Source: Perna viridis
Taxonomy: Eukaryota
Length of the DNA stretch: 64,000 nt
Reading direction: 5' to 3'
Assembly: GCA_037379345.1 (NCBI GenBank)
Contig: CM074514.1
Span: forward strand, 9,176,001 to 9,240,000
Part shown: one piece after another, positions 51,986 to 64,000 of the stretch
Layout of the letters: each line of letters starts with the position of its first letter
Numbering within the stretch: the stretch's first letter is position 1
Position numbers and translations under genes: made by a program
Notes under the pieces: generated by a model
What the model saw: the letters and a program-made list of their open reading frames with translations, nothing else
Database searches by the model: none
Told to the model about the DNA's origin: nothing

Positions 51986-52505
51986 TGTAATCTTTTCAAC
52001 AAACAGTCGGTATTCCAATGAGAACAAATTGTGCTCCTCTATTAGCTGGCCGATTTTTTTTCAATGTTATGAGGCTGATTTTATAGCTGATCTGATACAA
52101 AGTAAGGAACATCGTTTAGTCACATCCTTTAATCTCAGTTTCCAATATATAGATGATGCAGTGAAATAAGCCTTATATTTTGACCTACCTATTTAAGTTT
52201 ACCCTGGACTTGACTTTTTATGGACAACTCGGCAGGTGTTTCTAGAAAAAAAGCAGAGGTCCTTTACCCTATCGGTGCACCTGGGCCATGCTCCTAGTTT
52301 TGGTGCCCGTGTTTATAGAAAAGCAGAGAACGCTTACCCTACCGGTGCACCTGGTTCCTGCTCAAAGAGTCCGAGTTGTTGATTTACTTTTGTTTCTTTG
52401 CACGTATCATTTTGGTTATTTTATGTTGCTTGTTTTCCTGTCCGGTCTTTGTCCCTGAACAACGTTCTGTTGATTTCCGCTATGATCTTGACTCCTTTGA
52501 TTAGT
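51986..52505 (+). mobile_element. Naiad PLE fragment with internal deletions and a partial 3' UTR duplication
   Basis: GIPMRTNCAPLLA and QYIDD, then a UTR with AGAAAAGCAGAG...GCACCTGG present twice. Confidence 0.82.
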
Positions 52506-53460
52506 CATCCATAAGAAATCAATTTATAAGCAATGTTTCTTATTCATTTATCTTCTTTTAATGACATATACTCAATAACCAGATTTTGGCCAGTTTACAT
52601 ATGCGATTTCGCATACTCTGTTAAAAAAATTGGAACATTCCTTAAATATATTCACATAGACATAAGTCTAATGGTAACTGCGATTAAAAAATGATAAATG
52701 AATTAAAAAGAATTTTATCATATATGTAGACAGAATGATTATCGTATTTTCTGAATATTATCCAATATCCTTCGTTTAAAAATACATCCATGTAATTATA
52801 ACCAAAAAAAAAAAAAAAAAAAAAATAAATAAATAAAATAAAAATAAAAATAAATAACAAACAACTTAAAACACAACATTTACCATGATCTTTCTGTAAA
52901 GATTTATTTAGAAAATTGGGAGGTATATATACACTGATGTAAGTTTTGTTACAAAGCCTGCTTCTTTGAACTACAGTCATTTGTTTGTGTTTATTACTGG
53001 TAGTCATAAGACTTATTTGCAAGTGTCTGATCAATGAGTTGTGTTGTCGTCGTCTATAGATGGTTATAACATGGGACTCTTTTGACTTTGAATTGGATTT
53101 GAAATCCAACAGACAAAGTTCCAGTTCTGATACTTTTCCCTTCCGTACAATCAAACACCAGAGACAATTCAGGGTAAATTATCTAGACCTAAGGTCATAT
53201 AAACTCATCACGTTGTGTCTATTGTCGTCAGTCGTAATAGTATATCTTTGAAACCGCTTAATAAACTGTTAGCAACTTGGATCATCAGTACACTTGAAGT
53301 ATCTACAAATGTATTTAAAAATGCGTCGATTATGTTTCTTTAATCAAGCATATGACATAGCCGCAATTGTTATATTTAGACCACAATAGTCAAGTCACAA
53401 ATTTCGACATATTTCTGAAATATATAAATGAGATACCGGAAAATAAGTAGACACTTTCTT

Positions 53461-53638
53461 CGGATAGCTGATCTGATTCGAAAGAAAGAATACCGTTTAG
53501 ATAGATCCTTTAATCTCAGTTTCCGCTACATAGATGACGTTGTATCTTTAAACAATTCTAATTTTGGGGATTTGATGTATAGCATCTACCCAAAAGAACT
53601 TTAGATAAAGGATACTACATACACTGTAAAATCAGCCT
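53461..53638 (+). mobile_element. Naiad PLE RT fragment
   Basis: Matches 4500-4673 (ADLIRKKEYRL...RYIDD). Confidence 0.85.
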
Positions 53639-53999
53639 TCTGACACTATCATATGTTAATAAAGTTATCAACAAAAAAGAATTGTAACGAATATAAACAT
53701 TTGTATTGTTAATACGGATTTAACATTATGTGGACCAGAGTTTCACACGTCATCAATCAATAACAGAGCTGACACGAGTTTAAATAAATCCTAAATAACA
53801 TTTCGCAACTAGAGACAGACATATTACTTCGTTAAGGTAAGATACCCAAAACTTCCTGTTTAAGACAAATATTAACAAACAAAAATAAAATAAAATAAAA
53901 TAAAATAAATAAAATAAAAATAAAAAAACAAAAAAATTAAAATAAATAAAAATTAAAAAAAAAAGAATTTATACATCAAAACTAATTGTTATTTTGTAC

Positions 54000-54230
54000 G
54001 AGTAATCAAAGGAACTAAGATTCTAACGAAATCAAAAGAATGTATTCCAGGGACACAGACCAGACATGGAAAACAGACAAACACAACAAAGAACATAAAG
54101 TAACTAAAATAATACATACAAAGTAACAAAAGTAAATGAGCAACTCGGACTCTACTGAAAACTGGGAGCATGGATTAGGTGCACCGGTAGGGTACGCGTC
54201 CTGTGCTTTTCTAGAAACACCCGCCGAGCT
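54000..54230 (-). mobile_element. Naiad PLE 3' UTR fragment
   Basis: Reverse complement of the UTR, from the structured element to GATTACTC. Confidence 0.85.
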
Positions 54231-55090
54231 GATCAGTATTCATGATAAATATTTGAAATCATCATCAAAATCTAACGTAGTTAAAGTTAATACTCGTAAT
54301 ATTGTAGAATGTTGCCATCAATACACAATTAAGTTTTTCAATCAATTTAAAGATCCGTCATATACTCGATACTCCGCTCATAGTCAAATCATCTGGCAAA
54401 ACACTTCTAGTGATACTGTTTTCTGCCATAGAATTAGAAAATCGTTTAGACGGATGAGCAATATGTTCAATCATACATAAACGAATACCCGATTTCGAAA
54501 TAACAGAATCAAATCTAACCATAATATAGAAATAACTTTAAGTTTTATACGCCATTTATTTTTATTCAAACACTTTTTTTTCAAATTTTCCAAGTGTTTG
54601 GTCAAAGAAATGTTCATCCATTTATTTACAGAGAATGACAAAGAAGGTTTTTGTTTATGTTATACTGAGCTTAACTGTATCGGAGGCCTATTCAAAGTAA
54701 GTACGAAATTTAAAAAAAAACCGTTCATATAACAATATATTGGATTTTAAATACAAATCTTCACCCGATGAGGAAACGACTATTGAAATGCACCAGTAAT
54801 TTTGCGTGTAGAATAATAAAGTTGGAGTGATAAATGTTATTTATCTGAAAAAAAAAATTATCTGAAAATCCAGATTATCTGCCACGATCCAACCTTGTTG
54901 CACTTGTGGTGTGGATAATTGTATAATATAAACTGTAATATACTACATATGATCTGTTGTGATATATCGTAATTATTATAATTTGTTTTGAGTAGCTGTT
55001 ATTAAAATAAAACATGCCCAAGTATAATAAAAAGTCTTTTTTTAAATTTCATAAAAGAATTATTTTTAAGGTTGAAAAAATAACTTTTTT

Positions 55091-55610
55091 AACATCCCTT
55101 CAGCACCTGCGTATGGAGTGTTCATATCACAATTCATACGTTATGCCAGAGCTTGCCGAAACGACTTTTTGTATCGCGCTAGAACTCTAATAAATAGGCT
55201 TCTGGAACAGGGTTATGTTGCTACAAGATTGAAGTCATCACTACATAAGTTTTATGGTCGTCATCATGAACTGGTGGATCGTTATGGTGTATCCATCTGC
55301 ACCATGAAAACTGATTTATTCAACGGGTCATAGTTTTCCTTTCCTCGTTTGTCTACCCCGGACTTGACTTTTTGACAACTCGGTGGGTGTTTCTAGAAAA
55401 GCAGAGGACACTTACCTTACCGGTGCACCTGGTCCATACTTCCAGTTTTTAGTGGAGTCCGAGTTGCTCATTTGCTTTTGTTACTTTGTATGTATGATTT
55501 TAGTTACTTTATGTTCTTTGTTGTGTATGTCTCTTTTCCATGTCTGGTATTTGTCCTTGGATTACATTCTTTTGATTACCGCTATAACCTTGGCTCCTTT
55601 GATTTCTCTT
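55091..55610 (+). mobile_element. Naiad PLE solo pLTR-sized copy
   Basis: Matches 4788-5311 and starts at the same AACATCCCTT as the 5' pLTR. Confidence 0.9.
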
Positions 55611-56284
55611 TAAATACCTTTATACTTTTAACTTCTTCATTACAAATATTGTCAATACGCCAATCCGTCCATTTAAGTTCAATTTAATCTCATCGTTCGT
55701 CTGAATAGGTAAACGATTTGTCAACCAAATATAGGGAAATAAATACTTCCTTTTTTAAGTACAGCAAGCTAAATAACAATCCATTATTTTCGTATGTTAT
55801 AACTCAGTTATACTTATATGTTATCAATAAGGTCCAAATTTGGCCACACTACACATGCATCAGTTTTATACCTTTTAATTCCGCCTTTTTCTGATCATCA
55901 CTTTCTGACAAATATGGGCTTTATTTCGCCATAATTTCCCTCTAATACAGACACACCAGTGCACTTGATAAAATGGTTGAAAGCATGGTTGGGCATAAAT
56001 AATTGTCAATAATAAAAATTGATTTTCTGTTTAAAAGTATAAAAATCCCAACTTGATATCACTGTTCACCTTTTATCAATTCTACAGTATGCGAAAATAA
56101 ACTATGTTGAGGAAATGTTTTGAGATATTCAGCACATATTAAACGTAAACCATATTAAAATTCCTGAGATTTCAATAGAAAAACGACAGACACAAATACA
56201 CAATAGGTGATTTAAACTTTGTAAATATTTAGACCGTATCTATTGAATTAAGCAGTTTGTTTATTGTGTCATCTCCTGCAAATT

Positions 56285-56600
56285 TTGGTCATTTTTAATT
56301 TCATGCAGCGATGGACGATTTAAAATTTTCCCATTTTACAAACTGAGAGACAATGATAAAGATTTACGTGAAGCCAAAGAAATGATGTTTATTCGTAAAT
56401 TTAAATCGAAATTGAATGGACGTTAACATTTTTCATGTTTAACTCCCTTTATACTATTATAACGTCACTATATGTATAACGTTACCATTAACTACGTTGT
56501 CGTTATGTAATGTCACCTTAAGATCGGCAGCAGTCATAGAAGCGCTAGTGATGTGAATACATAAATATATCGTGAAAATCTGATCGTTTTGGATTTTTAT
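56285..56600 (+). mobile_element. C-terminal-EN Penelope-like (Neptune-type) 3' fragment
   Basis: SDGRFKIFPFYKLRDNDKDLREAKEMMFIRKFKSKLNGR*, followed by an ACGT-rich UTR and a decayed hammerhead-like segment (GAAGCGCTAG). Confidence 0.65.
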
Positions 56601-57890
56601 ATATATATGTATGCAAATTGTTTATCAAATCAACACTGGCAATCTAAATGAACCCCAAACCAATATTTTCATATATTGTGATAAAAGAAGAAATACGTTG
56701 AGAACAATTCATTGTATACAAGCGTTTTAAAAGGTTTAAATCCCTAATTATTCTAAATATAACAATTTTATCTGTACATTGTATGTTTGTGCGACTGGAT
56801 GGTTTTGAATTTGGAAGAACCGTAAAGTCTTATAGCCTTAAGATCCATTAAAATTATTGAATAATAAAGGGATTAATTATTTATGATAAAAACGCACTTA
56901 AAAACCCCCCAAAAAACATGGCCTAAACGTGAACTCATGAAACTGAATTTGATGCCGTTTAATGTGATATTGGGAGGAGTCTACCACAATTGAAAATAGG
57001 ACTGTTAATACTATGTGTCTAACTGATTTTTCAGTGCGTTTTTATCATTAATAAAATAAATATATGTATTTAGCAGCTGTTTATATAGACACAAAATGAG
57101 AACAATAAAAGACAATACGTGTTTTCTTCATTGAAAATTGTTTCGGCCAAAGGTTTCACACACCGATGAAACATGCAAAATGGAACATTCCATTTTTCAA
57201 TGAAAGAAGTGTAGTTGGATTTTTGTATTGAAATGAATTTTTGACTTTGTGATATTATTTTATCGCGAAAATAAAACCAAAAAATCAAGTGAATATAGTA
57301 AATTAATGAAAATTTCCATTTCATACACATAAAGTGTTTTCAACAACCATAAAGCAAGCAATTTAATGCTGTTAAAAAACAAACCAAACAAACAAACAGA
57401 GAAACAAATACACAAAAACAAGAACAAAGCAAAACAAAAACTGCGTGTTTTCTTTTTAACTGTTTTTCCTATGATTCTTTGTTTGCATATAGTAAGTCTT
57501 TGAATGTCCTACTCTTGATACCTTAGAATGTAGTTGTTCTTGAAGATTTTACCGAACTTACGGACTTTAGTATGGAGTATGAGCTAAATTTTAATTAGCC
57601 GTAGTTTTCACGGGATGAACCAAGATTTTTTTAAGTGTTGTTAGAGACTTGGAGGTCAATGTTCTGGAATTGACTAATTGCAAATTACAAATGCAAATAT
57701 TCACTTGGCATCAGCATAGGGTCCGTTTTTACTTTCTTTTTTTAACGAATTATTCATCACCTTAAACATAGGTAATTGAAGACTAAAAAAAATTTAAAAA
57801 AATAATCATTGTTCTATAATACCAAAATCCCATAAATCTAGAAAAGTATTCTTAAATCCGAATTCTTAAAAAATACATGGTAAAATATAA

Positions 57891-57921
<31 letters not shown>

Positions 57922-58267
57922 CAGAACGTAAGAAAGATTGAGTTCAAAAGTATTTCAGCGTGTAAATAAAGGTATAAAATTTACAGGACACTTTTGTAGA
58001 AGACGACTTATCAGCTCAAAACGTTGATTCAATTAAGGAAATGTCAATTATTTTGTTAGTAACAATGTTGTTATACCATGGAAAAGCAGCTTTATCTTCT
58101 GCTTTGAAACCCGGTTCTACGTTTTAGATCGACTGTGCAAAGACTATTATGTCAGGACATTGAGTAATTGACTAATTACACAACTAAACGTGTAAAAAAA
58201 AAATAATATTTTTTATCAATTGAATTCATGCTTAATTATGCTTTTCAGCTATCTAGTTACATTAAAA

Positions 58268-58583
58268 CATATTTACACCTTTCTCATTATGTTGAACTCG
58301 TTCCAAACACAATTTATTTTTTTTACTTTTGCGTGTCTTATATTTTACCACACAATATGTAAAGGCATAATACAGATTGACTTAAATTTGAACTGTTTCG
58401 CTTTTGATGACATTTAATTCTATCCATATTTACACCTTTCTCATTATGTTGAACTCGCGCCAAACACAATTTATTTTTTTACGTTTACGTGTCTTACATT
58501 TTACCACACAATTTGTAAAGGCATAATACAGATTGAACTAAATTTGAACTGTTTCGTTTTTTGTGACCTTTAATTCTATCCAT
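58268..58583. repeat. Tandem duplication, 2 x 157 bp
   Basis: CATATTTACACCTTTCTC... starts at 58268 and again at 58425, with scattered substitutions. Confidence 0.9.
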
Positions 58584-58667
58584 AACATTATAACATACGA
58601 GTAGTGGTTCTTTTAATTACTAACTATTGATTTTCCTTTTTTTTTTGTTTTTTTCTCAACTGTAAAG

Positions 58668-59340
58668 GCTGAATAACTTTTCTCTAAGGCTACTTACATG
58701 TTTGTGTTCGTTAATTATATACAGGTAAATACAGGTATTGTTTCAAAGTTGTGTAAGAAATTCTTCAAAACAATTTTGTACTAACAAAAGAAATGGATCT
58801 ACTTTACTTTTATTTTATATCAATAATCTCTTAGTGAAATGTCTTTTATGAGTATAGTATGTCTTTACAGAGTATGTGGACACTATTATCAGACGTATCA
58901 GTATTGGGATGGGTACCATAGTTGCGGTTGGTTGAACCGGCGATATCATACCTGGTATTGATACAAACCATTCTTACACCAAAACCTTCACGTTGAAAAA
59001 CTACTTGAATATAAGTATAAATTATGACAAAAACTACGTTTGTAAAGTTTTTTTATCTTTAAAAAGAAAAATAGAAAAACAAAATAATCACACAATATAG
59101 AAAAAACCGTCAAGTAAATATATTTACAGGTCACTTTTTGTTCAAGCAAAATCTATTACATTTCTGACAGATCGATGTTCAAGGGAAACTGCTGTAATAA
59201 ATGCTATAGTTAACACAACTAATTGCTTTAAAAAAAATCAGCATATGGTTTAATATATGGTAATAATGCATCTTTATATTTCAGCACTAAGTACTCTGAG
59301 TATTGCTGTACCGGCTATGAACACTATCCTGCCTGTTATC
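58668..59340 (+). CDS. First three exons (58668-58724, 58871-58954, 59285-59340) of a putative secreted Cys-rich (EMI-like) protein; may be a pseudogene
   Basis: Phase-compatible AG/GT exons give LNNFSLRLLTCLCSLIIYR-VCGHYYQTYQYWDGYHSCGWLNRRYHTC-TKYSEYCCTGYEHYPACY. No ATG seen (CTG at 58669). Confidence 0.5.
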
Positions 59341-60536
59341 GTACGTACCATTCATACAAAAATGATATTTTTTTACATTGATATGATTTTATGCGTTAGC
59401 TATGATGGACAGAGTTCATTATTTGCTTACGGTGCATCACCATGTCGCTAGAATGGGTGGAGATAAAGACAGACCATTTTCTCCTATTTTGACTTCTGAT
59501 TTTTCTGGTCTATTCTGGTCTTTTTGAGATTTATTTCTACCCGCTGAATGTTGCTATGGGTAAAGTCTTATTCGGTGAGGAGAATGTGTGAGACTTTCTC
59601 TGGGAAAGCTTAATACATTTCTACACAGCCAATCATTTCCAAATTATTATTAAATAGGTACTAGTAAGTAAATTTGAAATAGTATCTATCGGTGTAAACA
59701 TGAATTCACACTTGTCATTTTGCTTCCAATGACCAAAGATTTATCTGCGAATAACCTTTTGACGTTAATGAAACAATGTGACTTTGAATTGTTACATCAT
59801 TAATTATTAAGTTGAAGGAGAATTCAGTGCGAAAACAACGGGAAAATATATTATTTTCGACAATAGCTTTCACAAGTGTAAATATGTCTATTGAAAGACA
59901 AAAGAGTGCTTCTGTTCTTGCGTAATCGATCGTCTTCTTTCGACTTCTGTCAGAATATTTTTAAGTCATTCATAGTTCTGGTCTTAAATTTTACATTTAT
60001 AGCACATCTCTGACGCTTCGTCCATATTATATAAAAAACGGTTTGAGTACGATTCATGTAAGATGGTATATTTTTATATGGAATTGATTTATCTAATTGG
60101 GCAATATTTAACGAAAATAAAGTGAAAGCAAATATAGATATAGCAAATATGGTGCCACTTTTCTTATTGAAATAAGAAAAAATAATTCACACTTATTAAC
60201 ATTAAGCATTATAAGTCTTTAATAACGTTTCTATTCAGTGTGATAGAAAGCGTCCTGGTAATCAAACTTAATATTATGAAGGTGAAATCTTTTAACGCTC
60301 CCAAACATACATTAATTAAAAAAAAACTTTGATAATTTTGTCAGCTCTGATTTGATATATTATGCTTACAACATTCCAAAATGATAAATTTTGTAATGAT
60401 ATGTGGTTTTAATTGTTCTAAAACATTATACTAATTGTCGTGGTCTGATATGTCTATCGGCCGATTTGTCCGGCATTCATAAGGGTTTATGGATTGTAAT
60501 GGTCCGAAATGTCTTTGGGTGGAATTGTCCGATACA

Positions 60537-60752
60537 GGTACACATTATAGTTTTTGAAAATTGCGAAACGTCTTAAAATATTTCTTTTATTTAATTTAGT
60601 TTCGTATCATTCTGTTTCGATTTGTATCGTTGAATTTTATTTGTATTTCGTTTTGATTCATTTTTCTCGAATTGCTTCGTTTCGATTCCTTCTTTTATCG
60701 ATTTTCTTCGTTTCGTTTAGTTTCGTTATCATTTTGCAATTTTGAAGTACCC
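60537..60752. mobile_element. MITE-like element with TTTCG micro-repeats
   Basis: Imperfect terminal inverted repeats GGTAC..AAAATTGCGAAA / TTTGCAATTTT..GTACC around TTTCG-rich sequence. Confidence 0.45.
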
Positions 60753-61389
60753 TAGAATTATTTGTAACATTGATTACGTAATTTTCGTGAATATCTGGGG
60801 TACAAACTGTTATGGCTAACTCTATGTTGGAAAAACTAAGATTGGTATTTAATCATTGAAACTTGCGAATATTTTCCGAGACCGGTTTACAAGATTACTC
60901 AAATGAAGCTGCCATGATGGTGTGTTTCAGCTCCTGAAAGTGAAGTTGCAAACTTTTCAAATTTTCAAAACTTTATAACTTTGTTATTTTATATCAAATT
61001 TTAGTTCTGTAAAATGTTTCTTTTAGATAAAATAATTCATATTACGTATGTGAATTCATAGCTCTTTTACTTGAAAAATAAATTTGTAGTGATATTTATA
61101 TGTACATGTAAACCTCTATTTTTGTATGAATTTGTAAATTAAATCTTATGCACATGTAGTCTAATTACTGAATATTTATTTACAAATTAAATGGATAGAA
61201 AAAAAATTATTTGCAATGTTGGTAACCAAAATAATTTTTCAGTTATCTATAAATATGAAAAAAGATATGATGATTTAAACTTGATGCCCCATGCCTCGCA
61301 ATGAATTTTTTGCCAACCAAAATCAAATGACAGGTTAGTGATGACATCACAAAGAACTCCCCTATAAGAGAAATGAAGGAAACTAAGAT

Positions 61390-61650
61390 TAATTATTCTG
61401 GCGGAAATAAAAAAAATGTTATTCAGGGACAAAAACCAGACATGGAAAAAGACAAACACAGCAAAGAACATAAAATGACCAAAATAATACATACAAAGTA
61501 ACAAAAGTAAATGAGCAACTCGGCCCAACTAAAAATGCATGAACCAGGAGCACCGGTTGGGTAAGCGTCCTCTGCTTTTCTAGAAACACCTGCCGAGTTT
61601 CCCATAAAAAGTCAAGTCCGGAGTAGACGAAAGAGGAAAGGATAATAACA
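61390..61650 (-). mobile_element. Diverged Naiad PLE 3' UTR fragment
   Basis: Reverse complement of the UTR including the structured element. Confidence 0.82.
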
Positions 61651-61719
61651 TTCACGTGTCCACGAAACGAGTAGAAGTCGTCTCCTGTTTCCTTTTCTGT
61701 CTTTTGAGAAACATATCGT

Positions 61720-62090
61720 CAATTGACTTCGTTTTGGCGACTTAATAATAATAAGAAACGGAGCAAATATATTAAGTCGCAAAACTTCGTTTTGACGATT
61801 TAATAATAATAATAATAATAATAATTTCATTGAAATTGAACAATGTTGACATTTCGCCTATTTTGACGGCCATTTTGAAACAATGGTGGCTTTTTTGACA
61901 AATTCTGAAACCGCCATTGTATTTAGGACGTAATGTTTACCCTAGAAATAAAATTTCATTGAAATCGAACAATATTGAAATTTTGCTGATTTTGGCGGCC
62001 ATTTTGAACAAGAAATGGCGGCTTTCTGAAATTTTTTTTCCGCCTATGATGTCGACAAGTCAGAAACAGCATTTTGAGTTATTTTCATAC
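61720..62090. mobile_element. Helentron/MITE-like non-autonomous element
   Basis: Two hairpin-like ACTTCGTTTTG(G/A)CGA units, (AAT)n, and two core repeats CATTGAAAT..AACAAT...CGGCCATTTTGAA. Confidence 0.45.
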
Positions 62091-62162
62091 ATATAATGAG
62101 TTCCACTAATTTTATAGAATTTTTTAATTTTTTTTCTACGTAGTTTCGGCAAGCTCCGGCAT

Positions 62163-62797
62163 ATCGATTTCTAAGTGTAGGTCAAGATATGAGACTGACT
62201 TCACAGTGTCTGTAGTATCCTTTATCTCAAGTTCTTTTAGGTAGATGCGATGTATCAAATCCCCGAAGTTAGGATTGTTTAAAGATAATACGTCATGTAT
62301 ATGGCGGAAACTGAGATTGAAGGATCTAGCCAAACGATATTCTTTCTTTCTGATCACATCAGCTATAGAGTCAGCCTCATAAGAGTGAATGAATAGGTCA
62401 GCAAGTAAAGGAGCACAATTTTTCCCATTTGAATGCCGACCGTTTGTTGAAAAACACGTCCACTACACTGGACAAATATGGACAAAAATTCCAGCATTTT
62501 GTAAACATCTTCCTCTGTATATTTGGAAGATGATTTGGAATTATTTCTTACAAAGTATGAGGAATCTCTACCAAGAACTATATATTTGTATCTAGGTGTA
62601 CCATCTTTTTTGGAAAAAACAACGATGCATAATGTTTTTAAGTCGGGATTTTAACTGAGTATGGGTAATAGAAGTATACAGTGTTGAAAAATCATAGGTT
62701 TTAATGCTATGATATTCAGATAGTAGTCTTGAACTGATTGTCTCTAAAAGATCTTTCGAATTTTTCAGGATCCACATTGAATTAATACCACTACGGG
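62163..62797 (-). mobile_element. Naiad PLE internal RT fragment
   Basis: MWILKNSKDLL, TYDFSTLYT, RHIHD (from RYIDD), YLDLHLEID on the minus strand. Confidence 0.9.
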
Positions 62798-62799
62798 AG

Positions 62800-64000
62800 T
62801 AACAAGTGTTGAAGCTTACAAAATCAGGGATATCGGGTACTCTATTAGAGTGGTTTCGTAACTATTTATCGGGTAGGGCTCAAAGGGTTGTTTTAAATGG
62901 GTCACATTCGGATTGGTTGTTTATAAATGCTGGAGTAACACAGGGGTCTATTCTTGGACCCTTGTTGTTCCTAATATTTACAAACGACATTGTTGACGAA
63001 ATTCAAGCAACAATCAAACTATTTGCTGATGACACAAGCCTATATGTTATTGTTGACAATCCTATCAGCGCGGCTGAAACTTTAAATAGTGATATCTCAA
63101 AAATTTATAAAAGGTCTCTAGATTGGCTAGCGAAATTCAATCCACAAAAAAAGTGAAACAATAAGTGTGTCTCGTAAAGTAAATAAACCTATTCACCCTT
63201 CACTAGAAATGAACAGTCGCGAAATTGCATCTGTTGAAAATCACAAGCACCTAGGTGTTTATTTATCGAGTGATGGTAAATGGATTGACCATTGCAATTA
63301 CATAATTGATAAATCGAACAAAAGAATCAACATTGTCAGAAAATTAAAATCATTTTAGATAGATTTAGTCTTGAAAAATTATACTTGTCTTTTATACGTC
63401 CGATTTTGGAATATGCAGATATAACCTGGGATAATCAAAACCAAACTATTATTGATAAAATTGAAAATGTACAATTAGACGCTGCTCGTATTGTAACAGG
63501 TGGAACAAAATTAACCAGTATTCTAAAACTCTATGACGAAACCAGATGGGAAAAACTGACAGACAGACGTAAGAGACACAAATTATTATATTTTCATAAA
63601 ATGGTCAACAATACGGCCCCACAATATCTTGTTAATTTAGTGCCCAACTGTGTCGGTAGTAGACTCGAGCATAATACTCGACAGACGGAAAATTTATTAA
63701 ATATAAACACTAGAATCAGTCTTTATGCGGCCTATTTCCTACCTTCATCTATCAAACTCTAGAATTAGCTTCAACCTGAGATAAGGACATGTAATTCAAT
63801 TTCGCTTTTTAACAACTAAGTCCCAGTCTATTTCTACATCGAGTGTCGTCTCCGTCAAATGTTACACGCCAGCATGCGCATGAACACAAATTCCCATTTA
63901 TTTGTAAGGAATTTAACTGATTCACCCAACTGTCGCTGCAGTTCGCCTGAAACTAATAGTCATTTCTTACTAACTTGTCCCTTATACAGAAATCAAAGAA
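62800..64000 (+). mobile_element. CR1/L2-group LINE RT fragment, degenerate, running off the window end
   Basis: AGVTQGSILGPLLFLIF, KLFADDTSLY, KHLGV, FIRPILEYA; frameshift and stops. Confidence 0.88.

Noticed and set aside
54760-54800. Hammerhead-like CCGATGA...GAAATGCA
   Set aside because: The core is mutated and the stems do not pair; too degenerate to support.

Overview
AT-rich eukaryotic (animal) genomic DNA; the repeat and gene content suggests a bivalve mollusc (inference). No prokaryotic genes, rRNA, tRNA or CRISPR arrays were seen. The window holds four kinds of sequence. (1) A near full-length but inactivated Naiad-type Penelope-like retroelement (N-terminal GIY-YIG, CxC linker, C-terminal RT, pseudo-LTR; 1343-5311), about a dozen truncated copies of it, and an older second Naiad subfamily. 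(2) Other transposons: L1/Tx1 and CR1/L2 LINE fragments, an Ngaro/DIRS tyrosine-recombinase retroelement, two C-terminal-EN Penelope fragments (one with a minimal hammerhead), a solo LTR nested in a TTAA-flanked DNA element, Helentron-type elements and a perfect 90-bp-arm palindrome. (3) A ~35-kb multi-exon pseudogene on the + strand for a giant EGF + FN3/Ig-like-repeat extracellular protein, containing a recent 1.7-kb tandem duplication with a templated junction. (4) The 5' exons of a possible tandem paralog near 58.7-59.3 kb. The best candidate for an undescribed system is a conserved multi-stem RNA structure with a palindromic arm in the Naiad 3' UTR/pseudo-LTR, together with a long hairpin at the pLTR/ORF junction. 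Naiads are described as lacking canonical hammerheads, so these structures may be their processing or RT-recruitment signals. Boundaries were read by eye and may be off by a few bases.
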